Of a stretch of 64,000 nucleotides of DNA, positions 1-10,183 are shown piece after piece (the stretch's first letter is position 1; every line of letters begins with the position of its first letter). The position numbers and the translations under genes are program-made. The notes beneath the pieces are model-generated. The model saw only the letters and a list, made by a program, of their open reading frames with translations. It ran no database searches and was not told the DNA's origin. The DNA lies in NCBI GenBank assembly GCA_963693365.1, contig CAVNZM010000003.1:7001312-7065311 (forward strand), written 5' to 3'. The DNA is from Amoebidium appalachense. Lineage: Eukaryota > Protista > Ichthyosporea.

Positions 1-299
1 ACTTCTGGGAAGGCCGCAAGCGCGATAGTGATGAATCCGATGGTGGAGACGCTCAAAGCAAGAGGTCTAAAGGAATCGGAGGGAAACGGTCAATGGTGTA
101 CGTCAATCCGTTGCCGACTACCGAGCAGGATGAGATGGAAGATGAACTGGAGAAGGAGTTGGCAGCGGCTAACAGTGCGTCCGTCACTGCCGAACCACTG
201 GCACCCCGGTCACCTTCTCCAACTGGTTCCCTTCTGTCACCCCCTCCTTCTGGGACCCCCCGGTCAGCCGTTCCAGCTGGTTCCGGACTCGCCGACTGA
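1..299 (+). CDS. 3' end of an unidentified ORF entering from outside the window (acidic and Ser/Pro-rich tail)
   Basis: Frame is open from nt 3 (FWEGRKRDSDESDGGDAQSKRSKG...) to TGA at 297-299; no recognisable domain. Confidence 0.35.
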   Translation, partial: FWEGRKRDSDESDGGDAQSKRSKGIGGKRSMVYVNPLPTTEQDEMEDELEKELAAANSASVTAEPLAPRSPSPTGSLLSPPPSGTPRSAVPAGSGLAD

Positions 300-1155
300 C
301 ACGGTGACCACAACATCTTAAAGCTTTAACCTCAATCCGATCCTTAGGCATGCTCTACCACACTATATACTTTTTTGAACCATACTGTTTGAATTAATGA
401 ATGGGTAGCGAAGTGGAGGAGGCAATCTTTTCTTGTTTGTCTTCATGGGTTAGCGTTGGAATGTGATGGTAAGTTGTGATTGATGTGATAGTAAGTTAGA
501 TAGGTTGTATTGTATAACCCTTTACTTTGTATATTGTATGTGATGTTTCACGTGTAGACTGATGCTCATACCACTTCTCCTTTGAACTCTTTCCAAAGTC
601 ACAGGATGGCCTGCCTGATTGAGAGCGTTCTTCAGCTCTATTATGTTACATTGGGCTTCTTTGCCTGTAATAGTTGTGAACATCATGTCGGTCAGTTAGC
701 TGGAATTTGTAAAGCACCCTGTTTAAGGATGTATTGTGTAAGACTTATCTCATGTTTTATTCACAATGTGCATTAAACAATGCCCATACAATTGCAAAAC
801 TCCAAATTGCTGTTGTGGAACTACCGTACCCAGCTCCGTTCATTAACCAGCATGTCGCTTGTTTGCTACCCCTCAAGAACTGTGATACTTCACCTGAAAG
901 ATAATGTGCTATCGTGGCTTGCTATGTGGTCGAAGGAACTTATATCGCTGTTTGCAAACGGACACCCAACAGTTAAAACGTTGATAAATATATAATTGGA
1001 TGCTTCCAAAGATGTTTGGGTCGCATTCCATGCACATCCTAGTTTGGGTCCTAGTGTGCCTAATAGAGATACAATATACATTTTTACAAAATATACAAGG
1101 GATAACCGAGCATTTCCATAGAAAACACCCAAATCTCAAAAGTCCTAAGTACCCT

Positions 1156-1653
1156 CCTCTGTTCAATGCGAACGAGTTTTACCGGGTGGTCATGTGGTTC
1201 GACAGCCCGGTCATGATGGCTGCAGCGGCCGGCATGCCCCTCGACGGCCAGCTGGCCGCCTCCAAGGCAGAGGGAGAGGTCATGGCCCCCAACATACCGG
1301 CATTCCCCAGCCACTTTTTCCTTGAGCTGCACGGGGTGAATTCGGAGTCGTCGGTGAGCGTGGCCAACGCCGACGTCAAGTTCCAGTCGTCCTATCCGAG
1401 CAAGGACATTTTGGCCGTCATACCCACCTTCCCGCAGTGCGCCCTCCCCCTCTTTGACAACGGGGCCGTCGTCGAGCTGCCTCTGGACGTCAGCACGCAC
1501 ATCAACTCGCTCAGCATCAAGCTGGTCAGCTGCTACGGGGACGTGGTGGGGCTGAGGGGGGACATGACGGTTTTATTGTGCCTCCGGCGAATCCCGAGCC
1601 CCACGGGGGTCACGGCGATCCGGCCCATGGCCAAACCCCAACGGTTCGGCTAG
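1156..1653 (+). pseudogene. Minor capsid (penton, single jelly-roll) protein, 5'-truncated
   Basis: C-terminal pattern SKDILAVIP...HINSLSIKLVSCYGDVVGLRGDMTVLLCL resembles the DIL(A)xIP...IxSIxIxLxDxxGxxVxLxG penton signature of PLVs/Polintons/virophages. The first ~50 codons of ORF 1000..1653 are AT-rich, unrelated sequence. Confidence 0.65.
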
Positions 1654-1709
1654 CGTCACGGTGGCTATATTTTGACATACAACGGTTAACGGGAGCCTTA
1701 CAAACAAAC

Positions 1710-1955
1710 ATGGATTTTCGAGGGGTGGGCCACGTCAACGACTCCGAGTACTGGCGGCCGGCACTGCCGGACCGCACGGCCACACCACGCAGCCACACCG
1801 TCATCGTCCACCCCAACGAGGCCTGGGACAGGTTCCGGACGGTCATGGACATTGGTCGTGCAGCCCAGGGCATTGCCTACGCCGGCAGCAACATCAACTA
1901 CCTGCAGAGGTCTTTCCGGGCCGGTCGGTCGGGCGGTGGCCGGTCCTATTTTTAG
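1710..1955 (+). CDS. Viral hypothetical protein, 81 aa (MDFRGVGH...GRSGGGRSYF)
   Basis: ATG at 1710 after A-rich leader CAAACAAAC; viral-like GC3-rich codons; stop overlaps the convergent ORF. Confidence 0.55.
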   Translation: MDFRGVGHVNDSEYWRPALPDRTATPRSHTVIVHPNEAWDRFRTVMDIGRAAQGIAYAGSNINYLQRSFRAGRSGGGRSYF

Positions 1956-2242
1956 ATGTTGGTCTCCCCCTCCTGCTTCTGTATGTGGGCCAGCATGCGG
2001 GCGTCGAGCTCGGCCTCGTATTCCAGCACCTTCCTCAGCTCCTCCTGCCGGTCGACCGGCACCCTCTTCTTCAACCTCAGGAATGTTTTTTCGATTTTGT
2101 TTTCGGGCTTCTTCCCGGCCTTGTCGGCCGGGTCGAACTGTTTGTCCGTGCCGTGTCGTATGTAGAACTCGAGGTAGTCGTCGAACGTAAACGGCGACGA
2201 GTACGCCGACGGCAGGTTTTTCGTGCTCCTAGGGGTAGCCAT
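1952..2242 (-). CDS. Viral hypothetical protein, 96 aa, charged/helical
   Basis: ATG at 2242 (MATPRSTK...); natural composition; preceded by an AAAAATTCGTGTGC motif similar to those upstream of other viral genes. Confidence 0.6.
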   Translation of the reverse strand: MATPRSTKNLPSAYSSPFTFDDYLEFYIRHGTDKQFDPADKAGKKPENKIEKTFLRLKKRVPVDRQEELRKVLEYEAELDARMLAHIQKQEGETNI

Positions 2243-2298
2243 GGCCGTGCACCGGTAGCTTGCTACTAGTTGGGGCACACGAATTTTTCCTTCCTACG

Positions 2299-2907
2299 TC
2301 ACCACGAAATGAGGCTGGCGATGTGGTCGCTGTAGCTGCGCTGGGGAGGGGGTGCTGCTGCTGCAGGAGGGTGGTACGGGCCGTAGCCCATGCCCGTGTG
2401 GGGGGCACTGTGGCGTGTCTGTGGAGGTGCGTACCCGCCCGGTGCACCCATGGGGTGTGGTACCGGCGGGGGCATGTAGTACTGGTAGTAGGGGTTGCCG
2501 TGCGGGTCCGAGTCGTCATAGCCGCCATCGCTGTCCCCTTCCTCGAACACCACCCTCGTCATGGGCTTCCGTGGTGCCTTCTTCTGCCTTGGCCGGGGTG
2601 CTTTTGGGGGTTGTGCCGGTGCTTCTGCTTTTGCCGGCGGGGGGCCGGGCGGGCGGGTCTCCAGCACCTGCAGCTTCTGCTCGAGTTCACGGATGTAGTC
2701 CTTGTTTCGCTGCATGCGTTCCACCCTGGTGCTCCGGCCCTTCTCCAGGGCCTCCAGCTGCCGGGCCGTGGGCTGCCGTCTCGCCTTGGCCACGTGGCCG
2801 GCGTCCAACACCATGGGCTCCACACCCATGCCGGTGGCGCCGTTGGACACGGGTTGGTGGACTTCGCCGTCAGACACGCGCTCGATTTGGTTGTCTTCGG
2901 CCGACAT
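2299..2907 (-). CDS. Viral hypothetical protein, 202 aa, coiled-coil plus Pro/Tyr-rich tail
   Basis: Contains RQLEALEKGR, resembling a QLEALxKxR motif I associate with small PLV/NCLDV proteins; divergent from the 3001 ORF. Confidence 0.65.
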   Translation of the reverse strand: MSAEDNQIERVSDGEVHQPVSNGATGMGVEPMVLDAGHVAKARRQPTARQLEALEKGRSTRVERMQRNKDYIRELEQKLQVLETRPPGPPPAKAEAPAQPPKAPRPRQKKAPRKPMTRVVFEEGDSDGGYDDSDPHGNPYYQYYMPPPVPHPMGAPGGYAPPQTRHSAPHTGMGYGPYHPPAAAAPPPQRSYSDHIASLISW

Positions 2908-2920
2908 GGTTGGTTACCAG

Positions 2921-2980
2921 TACGCACACATTTTTTTACCGACGTTGGACGGTGCCAACGTCCAAAAAATGTGTGCCGTA
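2921..2980. promoter_or_regulatory. Palindromic bidirectional promoter between divergent viral genes
   Basis: TACGCACACATTTTT...GACGTTGG-6nt-CCAACGTC...AAAAATGTGTGCCGTA is a near-perfect inverted repeat between ATGs at 2907(-) and 3001(+). Confidence 0.55.
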
Positions 2981-3000
2981 TTACAAACACGGCAACCGAC

Positions 3001-3216
3001 ATGGCCAACCCGACAACCAAGGTGGCATCCGACACGGACGCCGAACCATGGCAGCACGCGTGCGACTACTGTGGGCACTGGTTCAAGTGCGCCACCCAGG
3101 AGGAGGGGCCGGGCTACGACTTTGACTGTGGGTGCGTCATGACGTGGCTGGGTGACGAGCCCATGTACCTCTGCAGCTTCAAGTGCCTGGACGACTTCAC
3201 GGTCTACAACGGTTGA
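3001..3216 (+). CDS. Small Cys-rich Zn-finger protein, 71 aa
   Basis: CDYCGHWFKC...CGC...LCSFKC; its TGA overlaps the ATPase ATG (TGATG, 3214-3218). Confidence 0.6.
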   Translation: MANPTTKVASDTDAEPWQHACDYCGHWFKCATQEEGPGYDFDCGCVMTWLGDEPMYLCSFKCLDDFTVYNG

Positions 3217-3884
3217 TGGACAACGTGTTCTTCTTCCTGCTCATTGGCCAGCCCGGGTCCGGCAAGTCCAACCTGCTCGTCAACTTGATTGCCCGGGAGG
3301 GTGAGTTCTACAATAAACTGTTTGACCGCGTGTACATTTTCAGCCCGAGCATGCACACCCTGGGCACGGCCCCGAAAATCCCCAAGGCCCGCCTGCACCA
3401 GGACGTGTCGTTCCTCCCCGAGATTCTCAAGCTGTCGCTTCAGCACAAGAAGGTTAACCCCAACTACCGCATGCTGCTGGTGTTTGACGACATGTCCCAC
3501 ATTTTTCGCAAGTCGGGCAACCTGCGCGAGTTTGTGCGCATGGCGCAGAACCGCCGACACATTGGTGTGTCGGTGATGATGGTCGGGCAGAAGCTCAACA
3601 AGATACCCCTCGAGCTGCGCAGCCAGGCTGACGCCTTGGCCTACTTCAAGAACACCAACAACACCGAGCTCAAGGTGTTGCGGGACGAGTTCCTGCCCGC
3701 CCTCGAGACCCCCCAATTTTTCGAATTGATGGACACGGTCTACCGGGGCAAGCACGACTTCCTCTTTATCCGCTTGAACGAGGGGCGGATGTTTCGAAAT
3801 TTCGAACAGGAGGTGGTGCTGGGGTCCCCGGGGTCCGACGGTGGCGGCGACAGTGACGGCGAAAAAAATGTACGGCATAGGTAA
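3216..3884 (+). CDS. A32-like (FtsK/HerA superfamily) DNA packaging ATPase
   Basis: Walker A GQPGSGKS, Walker B LLVFDD, Arg-finger NRRH, VGQ and IPLELR motifs, C-terminal HDFLFI...FRNF typical of Polinton/PLV ATPases. Confidence 0.92.
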   Translation: MDNVFFFLLIGQPGSGKSNLLVNLIAREGEFYNKLFDRVYIFSPSMHTLGTAPKIPKARLHQDVSFLPEILKLSLQHKKVNPNYRMLLVFDDMSHIFRKSGNLREFVRMAQNRRHIGVSVMMVGQKLNKIPLELRSQADALAYFKNTNNTELKVLRDEFLPALETPQFFELMDTVYRGKHDFLFIRLNEGRMFRNFEQEVVLGSPGSDGGGDSDGEKNVRHR

Positions 3885-3897
3885 ACACACCACCAAC

Positions 3898-5637
3898 ATG
3901 GCAGCCCCTTACGACGCCTCCGTGCCCCTCAACATGGCCTACCACAAGCTGACGGACGCCGGCACGTACTCGCCCGTGGAGCTCAGCCACATCAACCGCC
4001 GGTCGACGGTCAAGACCTACCCGGTGACCGGCTCGACGTACAGCTCAAAGGGGCAGCGCGTGATTCGGTTCTCCCTGCCGGCCGTGGGCTTCCTGGACTG
4101 TCTGAACTCCTACATGACGTTCCAGTTCAAGGCCAACGTGCCCAACGCCCCCGAGTACGTGGGCGTGAAGGTGGAGAGGCTGCGCAGGTTCCCCCTCCCC
4201 GGTCAGCTGGCCCACCCCCTCGAGATCGACACCACCATAAGGGACTACGAGGGCACCACCGTGCCCCAGAGCGAGACGTTGGCCAACAACACCCTCAACA
4301 ACAACGCGGCGGCAACCGACATTTTCCCCCTCAAGGTCCGCAACCTGGAGGGGATGGCCATGATGGGGGGCCACCTCTGCTCCTCGGCCGCACCGTTTGA
4401 ACGGGCACGTGTGTCCATCAACGGCACCACCGTCGAGGACATTTCAGGCTACAACCACCTGATGATCAACCTGGAACGGTTCCTGTCGTCGGCCGACTAC
4501 GGCAACAGCCCCGCCGGCCGCATGCACGGGACGTACAGCCCGCAGGACGCCGACTGGGAGTATGCGGACAAGTGGAACACCACCACGGCCGCCCAGTACT
4601 CGTGCTTCAACCCCGACCCCCTCAAAAAGCTCTTTGGCATCGAGAAGGCGAGGGGGACGGACTCCTTGCCCGGCGAGGCCCTGTTTGCCCCCGATGTCGA
4701 CAAGCTGCCGGGCAAGGACGGCATTCCTGCCGACCGCTTCCTCGACTACACCGCCCGCGCCGCCAAGTGGCCTCCCCACCAGGCCAACATCCAGGCCCAA
4801 ATCGACGCCACCGACGGGTTCACCTACATTCACCAGCTCAAGCTCGGCCTCATGCGGTCCGGCCGGTACCTCCCGCTGTCGTACATGGGGGAGGTGCAGA
4901 TCGAGCTGTCGTTGGGTGAGGCAAACCAAGTGTTGTACGTGCCCACCGAGAACGAGAATTGGCTCAAGGACGTCGCCTACGAGATCATCAACCCCGTCCT
5001 CCACTGCGAAATCATCGAGTGGAACGCCGTCTACACGGCCGGCTTCGAAAAGGCCTTGATGGAGAAGAACGTGTACATTCCCTACAGCACGTTCACCGAC
5101 TTCCAGAGCTACGTCAAGGGGCTCAGCCCTGCCGACCTGCATATTTCGTTCCGGGGGAGAAACGTCAAGTCCCTGCTCTCCCTCGTTCGTAACGGCAACA
5201 CGTGGGCCCAGGCCGGCTACGAGTCGTTTAGGTCGGAACGCAGCAACATAACGAGCTACCAGATCAAGATAGGCCCCTACCAGAAGCCCCTCGACGAAAT
5301 TCGTGTGTCGAAGAACAACTGCGCCGAGGCATGGGCCGAGCTGGCTAAGGCCCTCTACTTCTTGGGTGACGTCACGGCCGATTGCATGTACAACTCCACG
5401 TCCTGGCCCGACAAGCAGTTCATGATCGCCCTGGACCTCGAGAGGGACCGTGACCTGTACTCTGGGCTCGACACCAGCTCCGACGCCACCCCCATCCTGC
5501 TGCACCTGAACACGGAAAAGTTCTCCGCCGGGGTCGGGGAACCCACGGTTCAGGACGACCTGACCCTCGACACCTTCGTGCACCACGAGAACGTGCTGGT
5601 GCTGTCCGGTGCCCGTGAGGTGACGGTGGAGGCTTAA
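3898..5637 (+). CDS. Double-jelly-roll major capsid protein (PLV type), 579 aa
   Basis: Motifs RVIRFSLPAVGFLDCLNSYMTF, FERARVSINGTTVEDISGYNHL, GLMRSGRYLPLSYMGEVQIELSL, IPYSTF, ITSYQIKIG, FMIALDLER, YSGLDT; directly downstream of the packaging ATPase. Confidence 0.85.
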   Translation: MAAPYDASVPLNMAYHKLTDAGTYSPVELSHINRRSTVKTYPVTGSTYSSKGQRVIRFSLPAVGFLDCLNSYMTFQFKANVPNAPEYVGVKVERLRRFPLPGQLAHPLEIDTTIRDYEGTTVPQSETLANNTLNNNAAATDIFPLKVRNLEGMAMMGGHLCSSAAPFERARVSINGTTVEDISGYNHLMINLERFLSSADYGNSPAGRMHGTYSPQDADWEYADKWNTTTAAQYSCFNPDPLKKLFGIEKARGTDSLPGEALFAPDVDKLPGKDGIPADRFLDYTARAAKWPPHQANIQAQIDATDGFTYIHQLKLGLMRSGRYLPLSYMGEVQIELSLGEANQVLYVPTENENWLKDVAYEIINPVLHCEIIEWNAVYTAGFEKALMEKNVYIPYSTFTDFQSYVKGLSPADLHISFRGRNVKSLLSLVRNGNTWAQAGYESFRSERSNITSYQIKIGPYQKPLDEIRVSKNNCAEAWAELAKALYFLGDVTADCMYNSTSWPDKQFMIALDLERDRDLYSGLDTSSDATPILLHLNTEKFSAGVGEPTVQDDLTLDTFVHHENVLVLSGAREVTVEA

Positions 5638-5680
5638 CTTTGAACTCAAAGGTGCAAATTGTGTGGGCCACCTAGCAAGT

Positions 5681-6058
5681 ATGAACGCGGCCATGGCCAA
5701 CGTCAACGGTATTCCACTGGCGCCCACACCCACGCAGGCGGCCGTGTACGGCTACAAGCTGGCACCCGAGGCCGAGTACGAGGCTGCCTACGCGGCCCCC
5801 TACCGGGCACGGCACACGGACGCCGCCTTCCAGGCCGGCGTGTACGGTGTGCCCTTCAGCCGGCTGCCGACCTTCAACAACCTGCCCACCGACAACCACG
5901 TGCCCTCCATGCCCGGCAGGAGCGGTCTGGGCAGCAGGGGGCTCCCCCTCAACAGCAAGTCCTACTATGTCGACTTTACGCCCGTGAGGGTGGGGCACAG
6001 CAGTGACCCCCAGGGCAGCTTTGCCCGGCAACCCATGGCGCAGTACGCTGCGAAATAA
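5681..6058 (+). CDS. Viral hypothetical protein, 125 aa (possible virion component)
   Basis: ATG 5681, double TAA stop, viral codon usage, follows the MCP. Confidence 0.6.
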   Translation: MNAAMANVNGIPLAPTPTQAAVYGYKLAPEAEYEAAYAAPYRARHTDAAFQAGVYGVPFSRLPTFNNLPTDNHVPSMPGRSGLGSRGLPLNSKSYYVDFTPVRVGHSSDPQGSFARQPMAQYAAK

Positions 6059-6091
6059 TAAACACCAGTTTACAACAACACCGTGTCCACC

Positions 6092-6234
6092 ATGTCCCCC
6101 AACGTGCAGCAGCCTCATGGGCACGCTGATGACTTGGACTCTGAGACGAGTAGGGTTTGGCCCCTGGGCAGGTACACTGCCAAGTACCAGTACCCGGAAG
6201 ACGTGCATTCAGGCAAGTGGCGGGAGACCACCGT
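6092..6234 (+). pseudogene. 5' part of a viral gene interrupted by the composite insertion (probably continues at 10181)
   Basis: MSPNVQQPHG...GKWRETTV; joining 6234 to 10181 gives in-frame ...RETTVERWGGRLPEVVKVD... Confidence 0.45.
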
Positions 6235-6276
6235 TGGGTACTTTGGGACTCCCAAACTTTCACTACTCCGACATAG

Positions 6277-7032
6277 CTACAAGGCGTTGGTCAGGGGTGG
6301 GGTTGAGGCATTTTTCAAGAAGGCCCACACATATCTGGACCCCAACCAGCCACCTTTGTCCGTGGGGAGGCCGAGGTGGTGCTTGGCGGCCATGTAATGG
6401 GTCCAAGCTTGGATCCAAATGACGAGTGAACGCAGGGGAACGGGTTTGTCTTGGCGAAAAGTCTCGATGCTGCCGTCGTCGGCCATGCGCAGATGCTGAC
6501 CTTTCTTGGATGGGGCCAGGAGGGCGGCGGGGGTGAACTTATACAGGTCGACGAAACGATTGGCGCGCAAATCTGCCAGCACATCCGCGGGGGGAAGCGG
6601 GAGTGTGCCCGGCTGAATGTCGCCAGTGTTCTCACCTGTGGGGGGTGCGGGCAGGGCAGGTAGGTCTAGGTCAGGGCCGAGATGCAGCCCCGGGGAAACC
6701 TCCCCGGGTGTGGAGGGCGCGGCGGGGGGCGCGGGAGGGTCGCGGTTGGTGAGAGCAGCCAGGACGCCAGCCATCTGGGTGCTGATGGCGGTGAGGGCGG
6801 CCAGGACGGCGTCTTGAGAAGTCATCTGCGGGGACGGCGTGGCCTGAGGGGGGACTTCAGGAGTGGAGGGGAGAGTAGCCGGCGGGTCCGGGTCCGTGGT
6901 GGTATGGGCCGCTGGAGGCGCGTCAGTGTCCGCGGGAGCGTTGGTCAGCCTGTGGCGGAGGTCGCTGCGGGTCAGGCGCTTAGGTGCCGCGGCAGGGGCG
7001 GCGGCTGAGGCCTGGCGCTTTTTCGGCGGCAT
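6277..7032 (-). pseudogene. DIRS/Ngaro-like tyrosine-recombinase retrotransposon ORF1 (gag-like), 3'-truncated
   Basis: Pro/Ala-rich N-terminus, then LRANRFVDLYKF...DDGSI...SLVIWIQAWTHYMAA, matching the FVDL...WxxAWxxYM pattern of Ngaro/DIRS ORF1; no RT/YR follows. Confidence 0.55.
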
Positions 7033-7412
7033 GCTGACCGGCGTAGGGAAAGATAGGGAGAATGAAAAGGAATATATAGCTGTAAGGCTGTGGATGCTAA
7101 ACACAGAAGATGTGTTTGTAGCTTGCTGATCTGCTAAAAACTGTCGTGCTTATATACCTAAGCCTACCGATCTGAACCAATCAAAAATCGATCTAGTGAT
7201 ATGTGAAATCTGATCCGAGCCAGTCATAACTCGGTCTAGTGATCTGTGGTATCTGATGTTTTGATTGGCTAATAGGTGCCCGTGTGCGGGCAGCCAACCG
7301 CTAACTGCTAAAACACGAAATGAAGCCTACATGGTTATGTTGGTATCGAACACCCATCCTACGTGTTTACCCAGAAAAATATTTATGTCAATAATTTCCA
7401 CAAATAAAACCT

Positions 7413-8303
7413 CTTCTCAGTTTGTGTTATGTTTCAGTTCATATGCTTAGTGTAAATGCCACACTCCTATTATGTAAAGTGTAGCATCGATCTCCGATAT
7501 GCTTGTATACTTGTAATCGTGTTGTATCGGCTTTAATCGTGTGTTGTAATATCGATTAGAATATTTATATGTGTGTACACGGATCCACCCACTCAGGGAG
7601 AGACGTGTACATGTTCGTGTGTACATAAATATCTCTGGTTATAGTTATGCTATTACTATCTTGTTTGTTGATCTGTGCTCTCTTTTCCTTCCTCTTTCTC
7701 CTTCCTTATTTTCTTTTCTTTCTCTCTTTGTCTTCATGTGTATAATCGTATTTCTTTTCTACTAATATATGTTAGGTAGATTTGTGTTACTTAATACGTG
7801 TTCATTGGACGGTAACACACTTAGGCTACACTTAGAATAGCATGTGTGTTTAGACTTCATTAATTCACTTTAGTTTTCATGTGTTGCCGGGCTTTAACCA
7901 ATCATCAAGGTTAAGTGTGATATGTCTGAGTCTTTGCAGTATGTCATAGGTTAGAACTTCCTTGATGATGACACGAGTTGACCTTAACTAGTGTCTGTGT
8001 CCTATCGTGTGCGTCTCCGCGTACCGGATCTCTCTGAAAGCAATTGGTTCTTAGTGATTGGTTTCTATTAGAGATAGATCTGATTTCGGACTGGTCGGAA
8101 ATCATGTATGGATTGGACTTAGAGGAATTTCAGGTATTTATTCGAAGATCAGAATAAATTCAGTTTAGTCGTGTCTAAACATTGATGTCTGTTGTGTACA
8201 CTGCTCCGATCGTTCCGTGTTTTGTTGTTGTGTGTGTCTGTGGTGTTTTCACACTGCACCACTGTGTCTCTGCTTTCATCCCAAATACTTATATAATTTA
8301 ACA
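7413..8303 (+). repeat. 5' LTR of Copia-A copy 1 (first ~34 bp missing)
   Basis: Alignment with 47260-48187 starts only at CTTCTCAG (7413 / 47294). Confidence 0.85.
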
Positions 8304-8365
8304 GGTTATGCAGCCCTTTTGCACGCTCCTTACACACATCTAGAACTAGCGATCGTTTTTCAATC

Positions 8366-10183
8366 ATGGATCCAAACAAAACTGGTGTAAACAAAATAAC
8401 CATGTGGAAAGGTGAAGGGAAGACTGGTCCCGATAGCAAGACCACCTATTTTCAATGGGAAATCATTTTTCTCGGCATGATGACCGGCACTAAAGGTGTC
8501 CGACTCGTGGATGTTGTACTTGCTGACAACTACGTCCCCCCTACCACCGTCGCGGTTGACGGTGAACCCCCCTTCTACGGCTACGGCACTACCGCGGAGC
8601 TCAAGGAGGCCCGCAATTGCCTCCTGCTCCATATGATTCAGAACATCGACCCTTCCGTGCTCACCACCGTTGCCCAGTACCGTATTGGCATGGACCCTGA
8701 ACGGGCCATGTGGAAATTCCGTCAACACTACCTCCAAGGCAAACCCGATCAGATCCGCATCCTTCACCGTCAGTGGGATGCCTGTGCCCTTCAGCCCGGT
8801 GAATCATTCACCACCTACCTGAGTCGTCTGCAGACCATCGTGAACCAGCTCCAGTCCCTCCAAGATGAGTCCATTCACTTCACTCGTCTAGCTGAGAAGT
8901 TCTTCAATGAACTCACCACCAGAGACGACCTCACCCCTGAGTTCAACCGTCTTATCGAAGACTATCACTTCGGTGATAAGCTATTCCCCGACTTCGAGTC
9001 CCTCCACAACCACGTCAAGGGCATCGAGCTACGTCAAGACCTCAAGATGCAACTCCGGAGCAACCGTGCCCACCGTGCCTCCAAGTCCAGCATGGCATTA
9101 AATGCCAGTGCTCCCCCCCGTGATCTTCCTCGCCGTGACTTACGCAACCGACTTGACCGTACCCCTGGCACGGACCTCCGAACTCGTCTCTCCCGTCAGC
9201 ACACCCGATCCCGTTCCCCCCACCGGCCTGCCTTCCGGTCCACGTCTCGTTCCCCCAGTCGTTCCCGTTTCTCGGGTTCCCGTCGTTCTGATTCCCCGGC
9301 TCGTTCTAACACCCCGTCCGTGAAAGCATGCTCCTACTGCCACGAGCCTGATCACACGATCATCGATTGCCCTGAGCCGAAATGCCGTATGTCCAGACAC
9401 AACCGTTCCCGTCAAGGCAGTGAGAAATCTGTCTCCTTTGCTTTCTCGGCATACAATGCTAGCTCCGTCCCCGTGTCCTCCGACCCTGCCTGGGATTCCG
9501 GGTGCAACATGACTGTCTGCCCCACCCGTGAGTTCTTCCATGACCTCACTCCCCTTCCGACACCGACTCCTGTTGCTGCCTTCAATGGCACCCCCGTCTT
9601 GGCCACTCACACCGGCCATATCGTCATCAACACCACCACCGACCATGGCACTGCCACCCTTACCATTGAAGCCTACTACACCCCGTCTGGCCAAGCCTTC
9701 CTCATTTCAACATCCCAAGCTGCTGCCGAATACATCAAGGGTGATTTGAATGATGCCTCCACTCCGTCATTCCTCTTCGACCGACTCACCGGCCGTCATC
9801 TCGTCAACCTCCGTCTACACAACGGTCTGTATTACTTCAAGGACTACACCATTCAACCACCCACTCGTCCTGTGGCTCTGGCTGCCACTACCAGTGTTAA
9901 CCCATCCATCTGGCACCATCGTCTGGGGCACCGTGCTATGACCAGCATCAAGGACATGGTGAAACACGACCTTGTTATTGGTCTCCCCTCGTCTGTCCTC
10001 GACTGTGATGTTCCTGATTGTCATGGCTGCATTATGGGTAAAACCACCAAGGCTCCGTTCAAGGGTGACCGTCCTCACTCCAACATCCCCGGTCATGAAT
10101 GGCATTGGGATTTTTTTGAGCCTACCACAACATCGTACGGAGGTTCCAATGTTGCTCTCGTCACTGTCTGCCGTGCCTCTGGA
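8366..10183 (+). pseudogene. Copia gag-protease-integrase (N-terminal part), truncated
   Basis: Zn knuckle CSYCHEPDHTIIDC, protease WDSGC, integrase HHCC WHHRLGH...CHGC, first catalytic D in HWDFF. Confidence 0.9.

Larger units (their letters stand above)
7413..10183 (+). mobile_element. Ty1/Copia LTR retrotransposon family A, copy 1 (5' half only)
   Basis: Nearly identical to 47294-50080. LTR remnant 7413-8303 ends TAACA; PBS-like GGTTATGCAGCCC at 8304-8316; breaks off in the integrase at ...VCRASG. Confidence 0.93.

Noticed and set aside
1000-1155. N-terminal 50 aa of ORF 1000..1653 as part of the penton
   Set aside because: AT-rich sequence with different composition; chance read-through across an insertion or deletion junction.
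4444-5733. 429-aa antisense ORF over the MCP, and similar antisense ORFs over the ATPase, pPolB (14796-16040, 16161-17642, 19181-20329) and Copia pol
   Set aside because: Shadow ORFs caused by high GC3 on the coding strand; no motifs.
9900-10183. Integrase inside the virus as the Polinton's own rve integrase
   Set aside because: It is the truncated Copia-A integrase, nearly identical to the copy at ~49800-50080.
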